A DNA stretch of 64,000 nucleotides from contig OZ024742.1 in NCBI GenBank assembly GCA_964016885.1, positions 378,696,001 through 378,760,000 of the forward strand, given 5' to 3'. Source of the DNA: Eledone cirrhosa (lineage: Eukaryota). A program made the position numbers and the translations under genes. Shown here one piece after another: positions 15,001-30,000 of the stretch. Position 1 is the stretch's first letter, and each line of letters opens with the position of its first letter. The notes below the pieces were generated by a model. It ran no database searches, was not told where the DNA came from, and saw nothing but the letters and a program-made list of their open reading frames with translations.

Positions 15001-18000
15001 AGCACTGAGCAGTCTATTTTATTAATGTTGTGGTCATTTGTAGTCTAATGTAGCACTGAGCAGTCTATTGTATTAATGCTGTGGACATTTGTAGTCTATT
15101 GTAGCACTGAGCAGTCTATTGAATTAATATTGTGGTCATTTGTAGTCTATTGTAGCACTGAGCAGTCTATTGTATTAACGTTGTGGTCATTTGTAGTCTA
15201 TGTGGTCATTTGTAGTCTATTGTAGCACTGAGCAGTCTATTGTATTAATGTTGTGGTCATTTGTAGATCTATTGTAGCACTGAGCAGTCTATTGTATTAA
15301 TGTTGTGGTCATTTGTAGTCTATTGTAGCACTGAGCAGTCTATTGTATTAATGTTGTGGTCATTTGTTGTCTATTGTAGCACTGAGCAGTCTATTGTATT
15401 AATATTGTGGTCATTTGTAGTCTAATGTAGCACTGAGCAGTCTATTGTATTAATGCTGTGGACATTTGTAGTCTATTGTAGCACTGAGCAGTCTATAGTA
15501 TTAATATTGTGGTCATTTGTAGTCTATTGTAGCACTGAGCAGTCTATTGTATTAATGTTGTGGTCATTTGTAGTATATTATAGCACTGAGCAGTCTATTG
15601 TTTTAATGTTGTGGTCATTTGTAGATCTATTGTAGCATTGAGCAGTCTATAGTATTAATGTTGTGGTCAGTTGTATTCTATTGTAGCACTGAGCAGGCTA
15701 TTGTATTAATGCTGTGGTCATTTGTAGCTCTATTGTAGCACTTAGCAGTCTATTGTATTAATGTTGTGGTCATTTGTAGCTCTATTGTAGCACTGAGCAG
15801 TCTATTGTATTAAAGTTGTGGTCAGTTGTAGTCTATTGTAGCACTGAGCAGACGATTGTATTAATGTTGTGGTCAATTGTAGTCTATTGTAGCACTGAGC
15901 AGTCTATTGTATTAGTGTTGTGGTCATTTGTAGCTCTATAGTAGCACTGAGCAGTCTATTGTATTAATGTTGTGGTCAGTTGTAGTCTATTGTAGCACTG
16001 AGCAGTCTATTGTATTAATGTTGTGGTCATTTGTAGTCTATTGTAGCACCGAGCAGTCTATTGTATTAATGTTGTGGTCATTTGAAGCTCTATTGTAGCA
16101 CTGTGCAGTCTATTGTATTAATGTTGTGGTCATTTGTAGTCTATTGTAGCACTGAGCAGTCTATTGTATTAATGTTGTGGTGATTTGTAGTCTAGTGTAG
16201 CACTGAGCAGTCTATTGTATCAATGTTATGGTCATTTGTAGTCTATTGTAGCACTGAGCAGTCTATTGTATTAATGTTGTGGTCATTTGTAGTCTATTGT
16301 AGCATTGAGGAGTCTATTGTATTAATGTTGTGGTCATTTGTAGTCTATTGTAGCACTGGGCATTGTATTGTATTAATGTTGTGGTCATTTGTAGCTCTAT
16401 TGTAGCACTGAGCAGTCTATTGTATTAATGTTGTGGTCAGTTGTAGTCTATTGTAGCACTGAGCAGTCTATTGTATTAATGTTGTTGTCATTTGTAGCTC
16501 TATTGTAGCATTGAGCAGTCTCTTGTATTAATGTTGTGGTCATTTGTAGCTCTATTGTAGCAATGAGCATTGTATTGTATTAATGTTGTGGTCATTTGTA
16601 GTCTATCGTAGCACTGAGCAGTCTATTGTATTAATGTTGTGGTCATTTGTAGCTCTATTGTAGCACTGAGCAGTCTATTGTATTAATGTTGTGGTCATTT
16701 GTAGCTCTATTGTAGCACTGAGCAGTCTATTGTATTAATGTTGTGGTCATTTGTAGTCTATTGTAGCACTGAGCAGTCTATTGTATTAATGTTGTGGTCA
16801 TTTGTAGTTTATTGTAGCACTGAGCAGACTATTGTATTAATGTTGTGGTCATTTGTAGTCTATTGTAGCACTGAGCAGTCTATTTTATTAATGTTGTGGT
16901 CATTTGTATCTCTATTGTAGCACTGAGCATTGTATTGTATTAATGTTGTGGTCATTTGTAGTCTATTGTAGCACTGAGCAGTCTATTATATTAATGTTGT
17001 GGTCATTTGTATTCTAATGTAGCACTGAGCAGTCTATTGTATTAATGCTGTGGAGATTTGTAGTCTATTGTAGCACTGAGCAGTCTATTGTATTAATATT
17101 GTGGTCATTTGTAGTCTATTGTAGCACTGAGCAGTCTATTGTATTAATGTTGTGGTCATTTGTAGCTCTATTGAAGCACCGAGCAGTCTATTGTGTTAAT
17201 GTTGTGGTCATTTGTAGTCTATTGTAGCACTGAGCAGTCTATTGTATTAATGTTGTGGTCATTTGTTGTCTATTGTAGCACTGAGCAGTCTATTATATTA
17301 ATGTTGTGGTCATTTGTTGTCTATTGTAGCACTGAGCAGTCTATTATATTAATGTTGTGGTCATTTGTAGTCTATTGTAGCACTGAGCAGTCTATTATAT
17401 TAATGTTGTGGTCATTTGTTGTCTATTGTAGCACTGAGCAGTCTATTATATTAATGTTGTGGTCATTTGTATTCTAATGTAGCACTGAGCAGTCTATTGT
17501 ATTAATGCTGTGGAGATTTGTAGTCTATTGTAGCACTGAGCAGTCTATTGTATTAATATTGTGGTCATTTGTAGTCTATTGTAGCACTGAGCAGTCTATT
17601 GTATTAATGTTGTGGTCATTTGTAGCTCTATTGAAGCACCGAGCAGTCTATTGTGTTAATGTTGTGGTCATTTGTAGTCTATTGTAGCACTGAGCAGTCT
17701 ATTGTATTAATGTTGTGGTCATTTGTTGTCTATTGTAGCACTGAGCAGTCTATTATATTAATGTTGTGGTCATTTGTTGTCTATTGTAGCACTGAGCAGT
17801 CTATTATATTAATGTTGTGGTCATTTGTAGTCTATTGTAGCACTGAGCAGTCTATTATATTAATGTTGTGGTCATTTGTTGTCTATTGTAGCACTGAGCA
17901 GTCTATTATATTAATGTTGTGGTCATTTGTATTCTAATGTAGCACTGAGCAGTCTATTGTATTAATGCTGTGGAGATTTGTAGTCTATTGTAGCACTGAG

Positions 18001-21000
18001 CAGTCTATTGTATTAATATTGTGGTCATTTGTAGTCTATTGTAGCACTGAGCAGTCTATTGTATTAATGTTGTGGTCATTTGTAGCTCTATTGAAGCACC
18101 GAGCAGTCTATTGTGTTAATGTTGTGGTCATTTGTAGTCTATTGTAGCACTGAGCAGTCTATTGTATTAATGTTGTGGTCATTTGTAGTTTATTGTAGCA
18201 CTGAGCAGACTATTGTATTAATGTTGTGGTCATTTGTAGTCTATTGTAGCACTGAGCAGTCTATTTTATTAATGTTGTGTTCATTTGTATCTCTATTGTA
18301 GCACTGAGCATTGTATTGTATTAATGTTGTGGTCATTTGTAGTCTATTGTAGCACTGAGCAGTTTATTATATTAATGTTGTGGTCATTTGTTGTCTATTG
18401 TAGCACTGAGCAGTCTATTGTATTAATGTTATGGTCATTTGTAGTCTAATGTAGCACTGAGCAGTCTATTGTATTAATATTGTGGTCATTTGTAGTCTAT
18501 TGTAGCACTGAGCAGTCTATTGTATTAATGTTGTGGTCATTTGTAGTCTATGTGGTCATTTGTAGTCTATTGTAGCACTGAGCTGTCTATTGTATTAATG
18601 TTGTGGTCATTTGTAGATCTAATGTAGCACTGAGCAGTCTATTGTATTAATGTTGTGGTCATTTGTAGTCTATTGTAGCACTGAGCAGTCTATTTGATTA
18701 ATGTTGTAGTCATTTGTAGTCTATTGTAGTACTGAGCAGTCTATTGTATTAATGCTGTGGTCATTTGTAGTCTATTGTAGCACTGAGCTGTCTATTGTAT
18801 TAATGTTGTGGTCATTTGTAGTCTATTGTAGCACTGAGCAGTCTATTGTATTAATGTTGTTGTCATTTGTAGTCTATTGTAGCACTGAGCAGTCTATTTT
18901 ATTAATGTTGTAGTCATGTGTAGTCTATTGTAGCACTGAGCAGTCTATTGTATTAATGTTGTGGTCATTTGTAGTCTATTGTAGCACTGAGCAGTCTATT
19001 GTATTAATGTTGTGGTCATTTGTAGTCTATTGTAGCACTGAGCAGTCTATTTTATTAATGTTGTAGTCATGTGTAGTCTATTGTAGCACTGAGCAGTCTA
19101 TTGTATTAATGCTGTGGACATTTGTAGTCTATTGTAGCACTGAGCAGACTATTGTATTAATGTTGTGGTCATTTGTAGCTCTATTGTAGCACTGAGCAGT
19201 CAACTATATCAATGTTGTGGTCATTTGTAGTCTATTGTAGCACTGAGCAGTGTATTGTATTAATGTTGTGGTCATTTATACTCTATTGTAACACTGAGCA
19301 GTCTATTGTATTAATGTTGTGGTCATTTGTAGCTCTATTGTAGCACTGAGCAGTGTATTGTATTAATGTTGTGGTCATTTGTAGTCTATTGTAGCATTGA
19401 GCAGTCTATTTTATTAATGTTGTAGTAATGTGTAGTCTATTGTAGCACTGAGCAGTCTATTGTATTAATGTTGTGGTCATTTGTAGCTCGATTGTAGCAC
19501 TGAGCAGTATATTGTATTAATATTGTGGTCATTCGTAGTCTATTGTAGCACTGAGCAGTCTATTGTATTAATGTTGTGGTCATTTGTAGCTCTTTTGTAG
19601 CACTGAGCAGTCTATTGTATTAATGTTGGGGTCATTTGTAGTCTATTGTAGCACTGAGCAGTCTATTGTATTAATGTTGTGGTCATTTGTAGTCTATTGT
19701 AGCACTGAGCAGTCTATTGTATTAATGTTGTGGGCATTTGTAGCTCTATTGTAGCACTGAGCAGTCTATTGTATTAATGTTGTGGTCAAGTGTAGTCTAT
19801 TGTAGCACTGAGCAGTCTATTGTATTAATGTTGTGGTGATTTGTAGCTCTATTGTAGCACTGAGCAGTCTATTGTATTAATGTTGTGGTCATTTGTAGCT
19901 CTATTGTAGCACTGAGCACTCTATTGTATTAATGTTGTGGTTATTTGTAGTCTATTGTAGCAATGAGCAGTGTATTGTATTAATGTTGTGGTCATTTGTA
20001 GCTCTATTGTAGCACTGAGCAGTCTACTCTATTAATGTTGTGGTCATTTGTAGTCTATCGTAGCACTGAGCAGTGTAATGTATTAATGTTGTGGTCATTT
20101 GTAGCTCTATTGTAGCACTGTGCAGTCTATTGTATTAATGTTGTGGTCATGTGTAATTTATTGTAGCACTGAGCAGTGTATTGTATTAATGTTGTGGTTA
20201 TTTGTAGCTCTATTGTAGCACTGAGCAGTCTACTGTATTAATGCTGTGGTCATTTGTAGCTCTATTGTAGCACTGAGCAGTCTATTGTATTAATGCTGTG
20301 GCCATTTGTAGTCTATTGTAGCACTGAGCAGTCTATTTTATTAATGTTGTTGTCATTTGTAGTCTATTGTAGCACTGAGCAGTCTATTTTATTAATGTTG
20401 TAGTCATGTGTAGTCTATTGTAGCACTGAGCAGTCTATTGTATTAATGTTGTGGTCATTTGTAGTCTATTGTAGCACTGAGCAGTCTATTGTATTAATGT
20501 TGTGGTCATTTGTAGTCTATTGTAGCACTGAGCAGTCTATTTTATTAATGCTGTGGTCATTTGTAGTCTATTGTAGCACTGAGCAGACAATTGTATTAAT
20601 GTTGTGGTCATTTGTAGCTCTATTGTAGCACTGAGCAGTCTATTGTATTAATGTTGTGGTTATTTGTAGTCTATTGTAGCACTGAGCAGTCTATTGTATT
20701 AATGTTGTAGTCATGTGTAGTCTATTGTAGCACTGAGCAGTCTATTGTATTAATGTTGTGGTCATTTGTAGTCTATTGTAGCACTGAGCAGTCTATTGTA
20801 TTAATGTTGTGGTCATTTGTAGTCTATTGTAGCACTGAGCAGTCTATTTTATTAATGCTGTGGTCATTTGTAGTCTATTGTAGCACTGAGCAGACAATTG
20901 TATTAATGTTGTGGTCATTTGTAGCTCTATTGTAGCACTGAGCAGTCTATTGTATTAATGTTGTGGTCATTTGTAGCTCTATTGTAGCACTGAGCACTCT

Positions 21001-24000
21001 ATTGTATTAATGTTGTGGTTATTTGTAGTCTATCGTAGCACTGAGCAGTGTATTGTATTAATGTTGTGGTCATTTGTAGCTCTATTGTAGCACTGAGCAG
21101 TCTACTCTATTAATGTTGTGGTCATTTGTAGTCTATTGTAGCACTGTGCAGTCTATTGTATTAATGTTGTGGTCATGTGTAGTCTATTGTAGCACTGAGC
21201 AGTGTATTGTATTAATGTTGTGGTTATTTGTAGCTCCATTGTAGCACTGAGCAGTCTACTGTATTAATGTTGTGGTCATTTGTAGTCTATTGTAGCACTG
21301 AGCAGTGTATTGTATTAATGTTGTGGTCATTTGTAGCTCTATTGTAGCACTGAGCAGTGTATTGTATTAATGTTGTGGTCATTTGTAGCTCTATTGTAGC
21401 ACTGAGCAGTCAACTATATCAATGTTGTGGTCATTTGTAGTCTATTGTAGCACTGAGCAGTGTATTGTATTAATGTTGTGGTTATTTGTAGCTCCATTGT
21501 AGCACTGAGCAGTCTACTGTATTAATGTTGTGGTCATTTGTAGCTCTATTGTAGCACTGAGCAGTCTATTGTATCAATGTTGTGGTCATTTGTACTCTAT
21601 TGTAGCACTGAGCAGTCTATTGTATTAATGTTGTGGTCATTTGTAGCTCTATTGTAGCACTGAGCAGTGTATTGTATTAATGTTGTGGTCATTTGTAGTC
21701 TATTGTAGCACTGAGCAGTCTATTTTATTAATGTTGTAGTAATGTGTAGTCTATTGTAGCACAGAGCAGTCTATTGTATTAATGTTGTGGTCATTTGTAG
21801 TCTATTGTAGCACTGAGCAGTGTATTGTATTAATGTTGTGGTCATTTGTAGCTCTATTGTAGCACTGAGCAGTGTATTGTATTAATGTTGTGGTCATTTG
21901 TAGCTCTATTGTAGCACTGAGCAGTCAACTATATCAATGTTGTGGTCATTTGTAGTCTATTGTAGCACTGAGCAGTCTATCGTATTAATGTTGTGGTCAT
22001 TTGTAGCTCTATTGTAGCACTGAGCAGTCAACTATATCAATGTTGTGGTCATTTGTAGTCTATTGTAGCACTGAGCAGTGTATTGTATTAATGTTGTGGT
22101 CATTTGTAGCTCTATTGTAGCACTGAGCAGTCTATTGTATCAATGTTGTGGTCATTTGTACTCTATTGTAGCACTGAGCAGTCTATTGTATTAATGTTGT
22201 GGTCATTTGTAGCTCTATTGTAGCACTGAGCAGTGTATTGTATTAATGTTGTGGTCATTTGTAGTCTATTGTAGCACTGAGCAGTCTATTTTATTAATGT
22301 TGTAGTAATGTGTAGTCTATTGTAGCACTGAGCAGTCTATTGTATTAATGTTGTGGTCATTTGTAGCTCTTTTGTAGCACTGAGCAGTCTATTGTATTAA
22401 TGTTGTGGTCATTTGTAGTCTATTGTAGCACTGAGCAGTCTATTGTATTAATGTTGTGGTCATTTGTAGTCTATTGTAGCACTGAGCAGTCTATTGTATT
22501 AATGTTGTGGGCATTTGTAGCTCTATTGTAGCACTGAGCAGTCTATTGTATTAATGTTGTGGTCATTTGTAGCTCTATTGTAGCACTGAGCAGTCTATTG
22601 TATCAATGTTGTGGTCATTTTAGTCTATTGTAGCACTGTGCAGTCTATTGTATTAATGTTGAGGTCATTTGTAGTTCTATTGTAGCACTGAGCAGTCTAT
22701 TTTATTAATGTTGTGGTCATGTGTAGTCTATTGTAGCCCTGAGCAGTCTATTGTATTAATGTTATGTTAATGTGTAGTCTATTGTAGCACTGATCAGTCA
22801 ATTTGATTAATGTTGTAGTCATTTGTAGTCTATTGTAGTACTGAGCAGTCTATTGTATTAATGTTGTGGTCATGTGTAGTCTATTGTAGCACTGAGCAGT
22901 CTATTGTATTAATGTTGTGGTCATTTGTAGTCTATTGTAGCACTGAGCAGTCTATTGTATTAATGTTGTGGTCATGTGTAGCTCTATTGTAGCACTGAGC
23001 AGTCTATTGTATTAATGTTGTTGTCACTTGTAGTCTATTGTAGCACTGAGCAGTCTATTTTATTAATGTTGTAGTCATGTGTAGTCTATTGTAGCACTGA
23101 GCAGTCTGTTGTATTAATGTTGTGGTCATTTGTAGTCTATTGTAGCACTGAGCAGTCTATTGTATTAATGTTGTGGTCATTTGTAGTCTATTGTAGCACT
23201 GAGCAGTCTATTTTATTAATGTTGTAGTCATGTGTAGTCTATTGTAGCACTGAGCAGTCTATTGTATTAATGTTGTGGTCATTTGTAGTCTATTGTAGCA
23301 CTGAGCAGTCTATTGTATTAATGTTGTGGTCATTTGTAGCTCTATTGTAGCACTGAGCAGTGTATTGTATTAATGTTGTAGTCATTTGTCGTCTATTGTA
23401 GCACTTAGCAGTCTACTGTATTAATGTTGTGGTCATTTGTAGTCTATTGTAGCACTGTGCTGTCTATTGTATTAATATTGTAGTCATGTGTAGTCTATTG
23501 TAGCACTGTGCAGTCTATTGTATTAATGTTGTGGTCATTTGTAATCTATTGTAGCACTGTGCAGTCTATTGTATTAATATTGTGGTCATTTGTAGCTCTA
23601 TTGTAGCACTGTGCAGTCTATTGTATTAATGTTGTGGTCATTTGTAATCTATTGTAGCACTGAGCAGTGTATTGTATTAATGTTGTGGTCATTTGTAGCT
23701 CTATTGTAGCACTGAGCAGTCTATTGTATTAATGTTGTGGTCATTTGTAATCTATTGTAGCACTGAGCAGTGTATTGTATTAATGTTGTGGTCATTTGTA
23801 GCTCTATAGTAGCAATGAGCAGTCTATTGTATTAATGTTGTGGTCATGTGTAATCTATTGTAGCACTGAGCTGTCTATTGTATTAATGTTGTGGTCATTT
23901 GTAGCTCTATAGTAGCAATGAGCAGTCTATTGTATTAATGTTGTGGTCATGTGTAATCTATTGTAGCACTGAGCTGTCTATTGTATTAATGTTGTGGTCA

Positions 24001-27000
24001 TTTGTAGCTCTATAGTAGCAATGAGCAGTCTATTGTATTAATGTTGTGGTCATTTGTAGTCTATTGTAGCACTGAGCAGTCTATTGTATTAATGTTGTGG
24101 TCATCTGTAGCTCTATTGTAGCACTGAGCAGTCTATTGTATTAATGTTGTGGTCATTTGTAGCTCTATTGTAGCACTGAGCAGTGTAATGTATTAATGTT
24201 GTGGTCATTTGTAGTCTATTCTAGCACTGAGCTGTCTATTGTATTAATGTTCTGGTCATTTGTAGCTCTATTGTAGCACTGAGCAGTGTATTATAATAAT
24301 GTTGTGGTCATTTGTTGTCTATTGTGGCACTGAGCAGTGTATTGTATTAATGTTGTGGTCATTTGTAGTCTATTGTAGCACTGAGCTGTCTATTGTATTA
24401 ATGTTGTGGTCATTTGTAGTCTATTGTAGCACTGAGCAGTCTATTGTATTAATGTTGTGTTCATTTGTAGCTCTATTGTAGCACTGAGCAGTGTAATGTA
24501 TTAATGTTGTGGTCATTTGTAGCTCTATTGTAGCACTGAGCAGTCTATTGTATTAATGTTGTGGTCATTTGTAGCTCTATTGTAGCACTGAGCACTCTAT
24601 TGTATTAATGTTGTGGTTATTTGTAGTCTATTGTAGCACTGAGCAGTGTATTGTATTAATGTTGTGGTCATTTGTAGCTCTATTGTAGCACTGAGCAGTC
24701 TACTCTATTAATGTTGTGGTCATTTGTAGTCTATTGTAGCACTGTGCAGTCTATTGTATTAATGCTGTGGTCATGTGTAGTCTATTGTAGCACTGAGCAG
24801 TGTATTGTATTAATGTTGTGGTCATTTGTAGTCTATTGTAGCACTGAACAGTGTATTGTATTAATGCTGTGGTCATTTGTAGCTCTATTGTAGCACTGAG
24901 CAGTCTATTGTATTAATGCTGTGGTCATTTGTATTCTATTGTAGCACTGAGCAGTCTATTTTATTAATGTTGTAGTCATGTGTAGTCTATTGTAGCACTG
25001 AGCAGTCTATTGTATTAATGTTGTGGTCATTTGTAGTCTATTTTAGCACTGAGCAGTCTATTGTATTAATGTTGTGCTCATTTGTAGCTCTATTGTAGCA
25101 CTGAGCAGTCTATTGTATTAATGTTGTGGTCATTTGTAGTCTATTGTAGCACTGAGCAGTCTATTGTATTAATGTTGTGGTCATTTGTAACTTTATTGTA
25201 GCACTGAGCATTTTTTTTTATTAATGTTGTGGTCATGTGTATTCTATTGTAGCACTGAGCAGTCTATTGTATTACTGTTGTGTTCATGTGTAGTCTATTG
25301 TAGCACTGAGCAGTCTATTGTATCAATGTTGTGGTCATTTGTAGCTCTATTGTAGCACTGAGCAGTCTATTGTATCAATGTTGTGGTCATTTGTAGTCTA
25401 TTGTAGCACTGAGCAGTCTATTGTATTAATGTTGTGGTCATGTGTAGCCTATTGTAGCACTGAGCAGTCTATTTTATTAAAGTTGTGGTCATTTGTAGTC
25501 TATTGTAGCACTGAGCAGTATATTGTATTAATGTTGTGGTCATTTGTAGTCTATTGTAGCACTGAGCAGTGTATTGTATTAATGTTGTGGTCATTTGTAG
25601 CTCTATTGTAGCACTGAGCAGTCAACTATATCAATGTTGTGGTCATTTGTAGTCTATTGTAGCACTGAGCAGTGTATTGTATTAATGCTGTAGTAATGTG
25701 TAGTCTATTGTAGCACTGAGCAGTATATTGTATTAATATTGTGGTCATTTGTAGTCTATTGTAGCACTGAGCAGTCTATTGTATTAATGTTGTGGTCATT
25801 TGTAGATCTATTGTAGCACTGAGCAGTCTATTGTATCAATGTTGTGGTCATGTGTAGTCTATTGTAGCACTGAGCAGTCTATTTGATTAATGTTGTAGTC
25901 ATTTGTAGTCTATTGTAGTACTGAGCAGTCTATTGTATTAATGTTGTGGTCATTTGTAATCTATTGTAGCACTGTGCAGTCTATTGTATTAATGTTGTGG
26001 TCATTTGTAGCTCTATTGTAGCACTGTGCAGTCTATTGTATTAATGTTGTGGTCATTTGTAATCTATTGTAGCAATGAGCAGTCTATTGTATTAATGTTG
26101 TGGTCATTTGTCGTCTATTGTAGCACTGAGCAGTCTACTGTATTAATGTTGTTGTCATTTGTAGTCTATTGTAGCACTGTGCAGTCTATTGTATTAATAT
26201 TGTGGTCATTTGTAATCTATTGTAGCACTGTGCAGTCTATTGTATTAATGTTGTGGTCATTTGTAGCTCTATTGTAGCACTGTGCAGTCTATTGTATTAA
26301 TGTTGTGGTCATTTGTAATCTATTGTAGCAATGAGCAGTCTATTGTATTAATGTTGTGGTCATTTGTAGTCTATTGTAGCACTGAGCAGTCTATTGTATT
26401 AATGTTGTGGTCATTTGTAGCTCTATTGTAGCACTGAGCAGTCTATTGTATTAATGTTGTGGTCATTTGTAGCTCTATTGTAGCACTGAGCAGTGTAATG
26501 TATTAATGTTGTGGTCATTTGTAGTCTATTCTAGCACTGAGCTGTCTATTGTATTAATGTTGTGGTCATTTGTAGCTCTATTGTAGCACTGAGCAGTGTA
26601 TTATAATAATGTTGTGGTCATTTGTAGTCTATTGTAGCACTGAGCAGTGTATTGTATTAATGTTGTGGTCATTTGTAGTCTATTGTAGCACTGAGCAGTC
26701 TATTGTATTAATGTTGTGGTCATTTGTAGCTCTATTGTAGCACTGAGCAGTCTATTGTATTAATGTTGTGGCCATTTGTAGCTCTATTGTAGCACTGAGC
26801 AGTGTAATGTATTAATGTTGTGGTCATTTGTAGCTCTATTGTAGCACTGAGCAGTCTATTGTATTAATGTTGTGGTCATTTGTAGCTCTATTGTAGCACT
26901 GAGCTCTCTATTGTATTAATGTTGTAGTTATTTGTAGTCTATTGTAGCACTGAGCAGTGTATTGTATTAATGTTGTGGTCATTTGTAGCTCTATTGTAGC

Positions 27001-30000
27001 ACTGAGCAGTCTACTCTATTAATGTTGTGGTCATTTGTAGTCTATTGTAGCACTGTGCAGTCTATTGTATTAATGTTGTGGTCATGTGTAGTCTATTGTA
27101 GCACTGAGCAGTGTATTGTATTAATGTTGTGGTTATTTATAGCTCTATTGTAGCACTGAGCAGTCTACTGTATTAATGTTGTGGTCATTTGTAGTCTATT
27201 GTAGCACTGAGCAGTCTATTGTATTAATGCTGTGGTCATTTGTAGTCTATTGTAGCACTGAGCAGTCTATTTTATTAATGTTGTAGTCATGTGTAGTCTA
27301 TTGTAGCACTGAACAGTCTATTGTATTAATGTTGTGGTCATTTGTAGTCTGTTGTAGCACTGAGCAGTATATTGTATTAATGTTGTGGTCATTTGTAGTC
27401 TATTGTAGCACTGAGCAGTCTATTTTATTAATGTTGTAGTCATGTGTAGTCTATTGTAGCACTGAGCAGTCTATTGTATTAATGCTGTGGTCATTTGTAG
27501 TCTATTGTAGCACTGAGCAGACTATTTTATTAATGTTGTGGTCATTTGTAGCTCTATTGTAGCACTGAGCAGTCTATTGTATTAATGTTGTGGTCATTTG
27601 TAGCTCTATTGTAGCACTGAGCAGTGTATTGTATTAATGTTGTGGTCATGTGTAGTCTATTGTAGCACTGAGCAGTGTATTGTATTAATGTTGTGGTTAT
27701 TTATAGCTCTATTGTAGCACTGAGCACTCTATTGTATTAATGTTGTGGTTATTTGTAGTCTATCGTAGCACTGAGCAGTCTAATGTATTAATGTTGTGGT
27801 CATTTGTAGTCTATTGTAGCACTGAGCAGTCTATTGTATTACTGTTGTGGTCATTTGTAGCTCTATTGTAGCACTGAGCAGTCTATTGTATTAATGTTGT
27901 GGTCATTTGTAGTCTATTGTAGCACTGAGCAGTGTATTGTATTAATGTTGTGGTCATTTGTAGCTCTATTGTAGCACTGAGCAGTCTATTATATTAATGT
28001 TGTGGTTATTTGTAGCTCCATTGTAGCACTGAGCAGTCTACTGTATTAATGTTGTGGTCATTTGTAGTCTATTGTAGCACTGAGCAGTGTATTGTATTAA
28101 TGTTGTGGTCATTTGTAGCTCTATTGTAGCACTGAGCAGTGTATTGTATTAATGCTGTGGTCATTTGTAGTCTATTGTAGCACTCAGCAGACTATTGTAT
28201 TAATGTTGTGGTCATTTGTAGCTCTATTGTAGCACTGAGCAGTCTATTGTATTAATGTTGTGGTCAGTTGTAGTCTATTGTAGCACTGAGCAGACTATTG
28301 TATTAATGTTGTGGTCATTTGTAGTCTATTGTAGCACTGAGCAGTCTATTGTATTAATGTTGTGGTCATGTGTAGCTCTATTGTAGCACTGAGCAGTCTA
28401 TTTTATTAATGTTGTAGTAATGTGTAGTCTATTGTAGCACTGAGCAGTCTATTGTATTAATAATGTGGTCATTTGTAGCTCGATTGTAGCACTGAGCAGT
28501 ATATTGTATTAATACTGTGGTCATTTGTAGTCTATTGTAGCACTGAGCAGTCTATTGTATTAATGTTGTGGTCATTTGTAGCTCTATTGTAGCACTGAGC
28601 AGTCTATTGTATTACTGTTGTGGTCATTTGTAGCTCTATTGTAGCACTGAGCAGTCTATTGTATTAATGTTGTGGTCATTTGTAGTCTATTGTAGCACTG
28701 TGCAGTCTATTGTATTAATGTTGTGGTCAATTGTAGCTCTATTGTAGCACTGAGCAGTCTATTGTATTAATGTTGTGGTCATTTGTAGCTCTATTGTAGC
28801 ACTGAGCAGTCTATTGTATCAATGTTGTGGTCATTTGTAGTCTATTGTAGCACTGTGCAGTCTATTGTATTAATGTTGTGGTCATTTGTAGCTCGATTGT
28901 AGCACTGAGCAGTCTATTGTATTAATGTTGTGGTCATTTGTAGCTCTATTGTTGCACTGAGGAGTCTACTGTATTAATGTTGTGGTCATTTGTAGCTCTA
29001 TTGTAGCACTGAGCAGTCTATTGTATTAATGTTGTGGTCATTTGTAGCTCTATTGTAGCACTGAGCAGTTTATTGTATTAATTTAGTGGTCAATTGTAGC
29101 TCTATTGTAGCACTGAGCAGTCTATTGTATTAATGTTGTTGTCATTTGTAGCTCTATTGTAGCACTGAGCAGTCTTTTGTATAAATGTTGTGGTCATTTG
29201 TAGCTCGATTGTAGCACTGAGCAGTCTATTGTATTAATGTTGTGGTCAATTGTAGTCTATTGTAGCACTGAGCAGTCTATTGTATTAATGTTGTGGTCAT
29301 TTGTAGCTCTATTGTAGCACTGAGCAGTCTATTGTATCAATGTTGTGGTCATTTTAGTCTATTGTTGTGCAGTCTATTGTATTAATGTTGTGGTCATTTG
29401 TAGTCTATTGTAGCACTGAGCAGTCTATTGTATTAATGTTGTGGTCATGTGTAGTCTATTGTAGCACTGAGCAGTCTATTGTATCAATGTTGTGGTCATT
29501 TTAGTCTATTGTTGTGCAGTCTATTTGATTAATGTTGTAGTCATTTGTAGTCTATTGTAGTACTGAGCAGTCTACTGTATTAATGTTGTGGTCATTTGTA
29601 GTCTATTGTAGCACTGTGCAGTCTATTGTATTAATATTGTAGTCATGTGTAGTCTATTGTAGCACAGAGCAGTCTATTTTATTAATGTTGTAGTCATGTG
29701 TAGTCTATTGTAGCACTGAGCAGTCTATTGTATTAATGTTGTGGTTATTTGTAGCTCTATTGTAGCACTGAGCAGTCTATTGTATTAATGTTGTGGTCAT
29801 TTGTAGTCTATTGTAGCACTGAGCAGTCTATTGTATTAATGTTGTGGTTATTTGTAGCTCTATTGTAGCACTGAGCAGTGTATTGTATTAATGTTGTAGT
29901 CATTTGTCGTCTATTGTAGCACTGAGCAGTCTACTGTATTAATGTTGTGGTCATTTGTAGTCTATTGTAGCACTGTGCAGTCTATTGTATTAATATTGTA

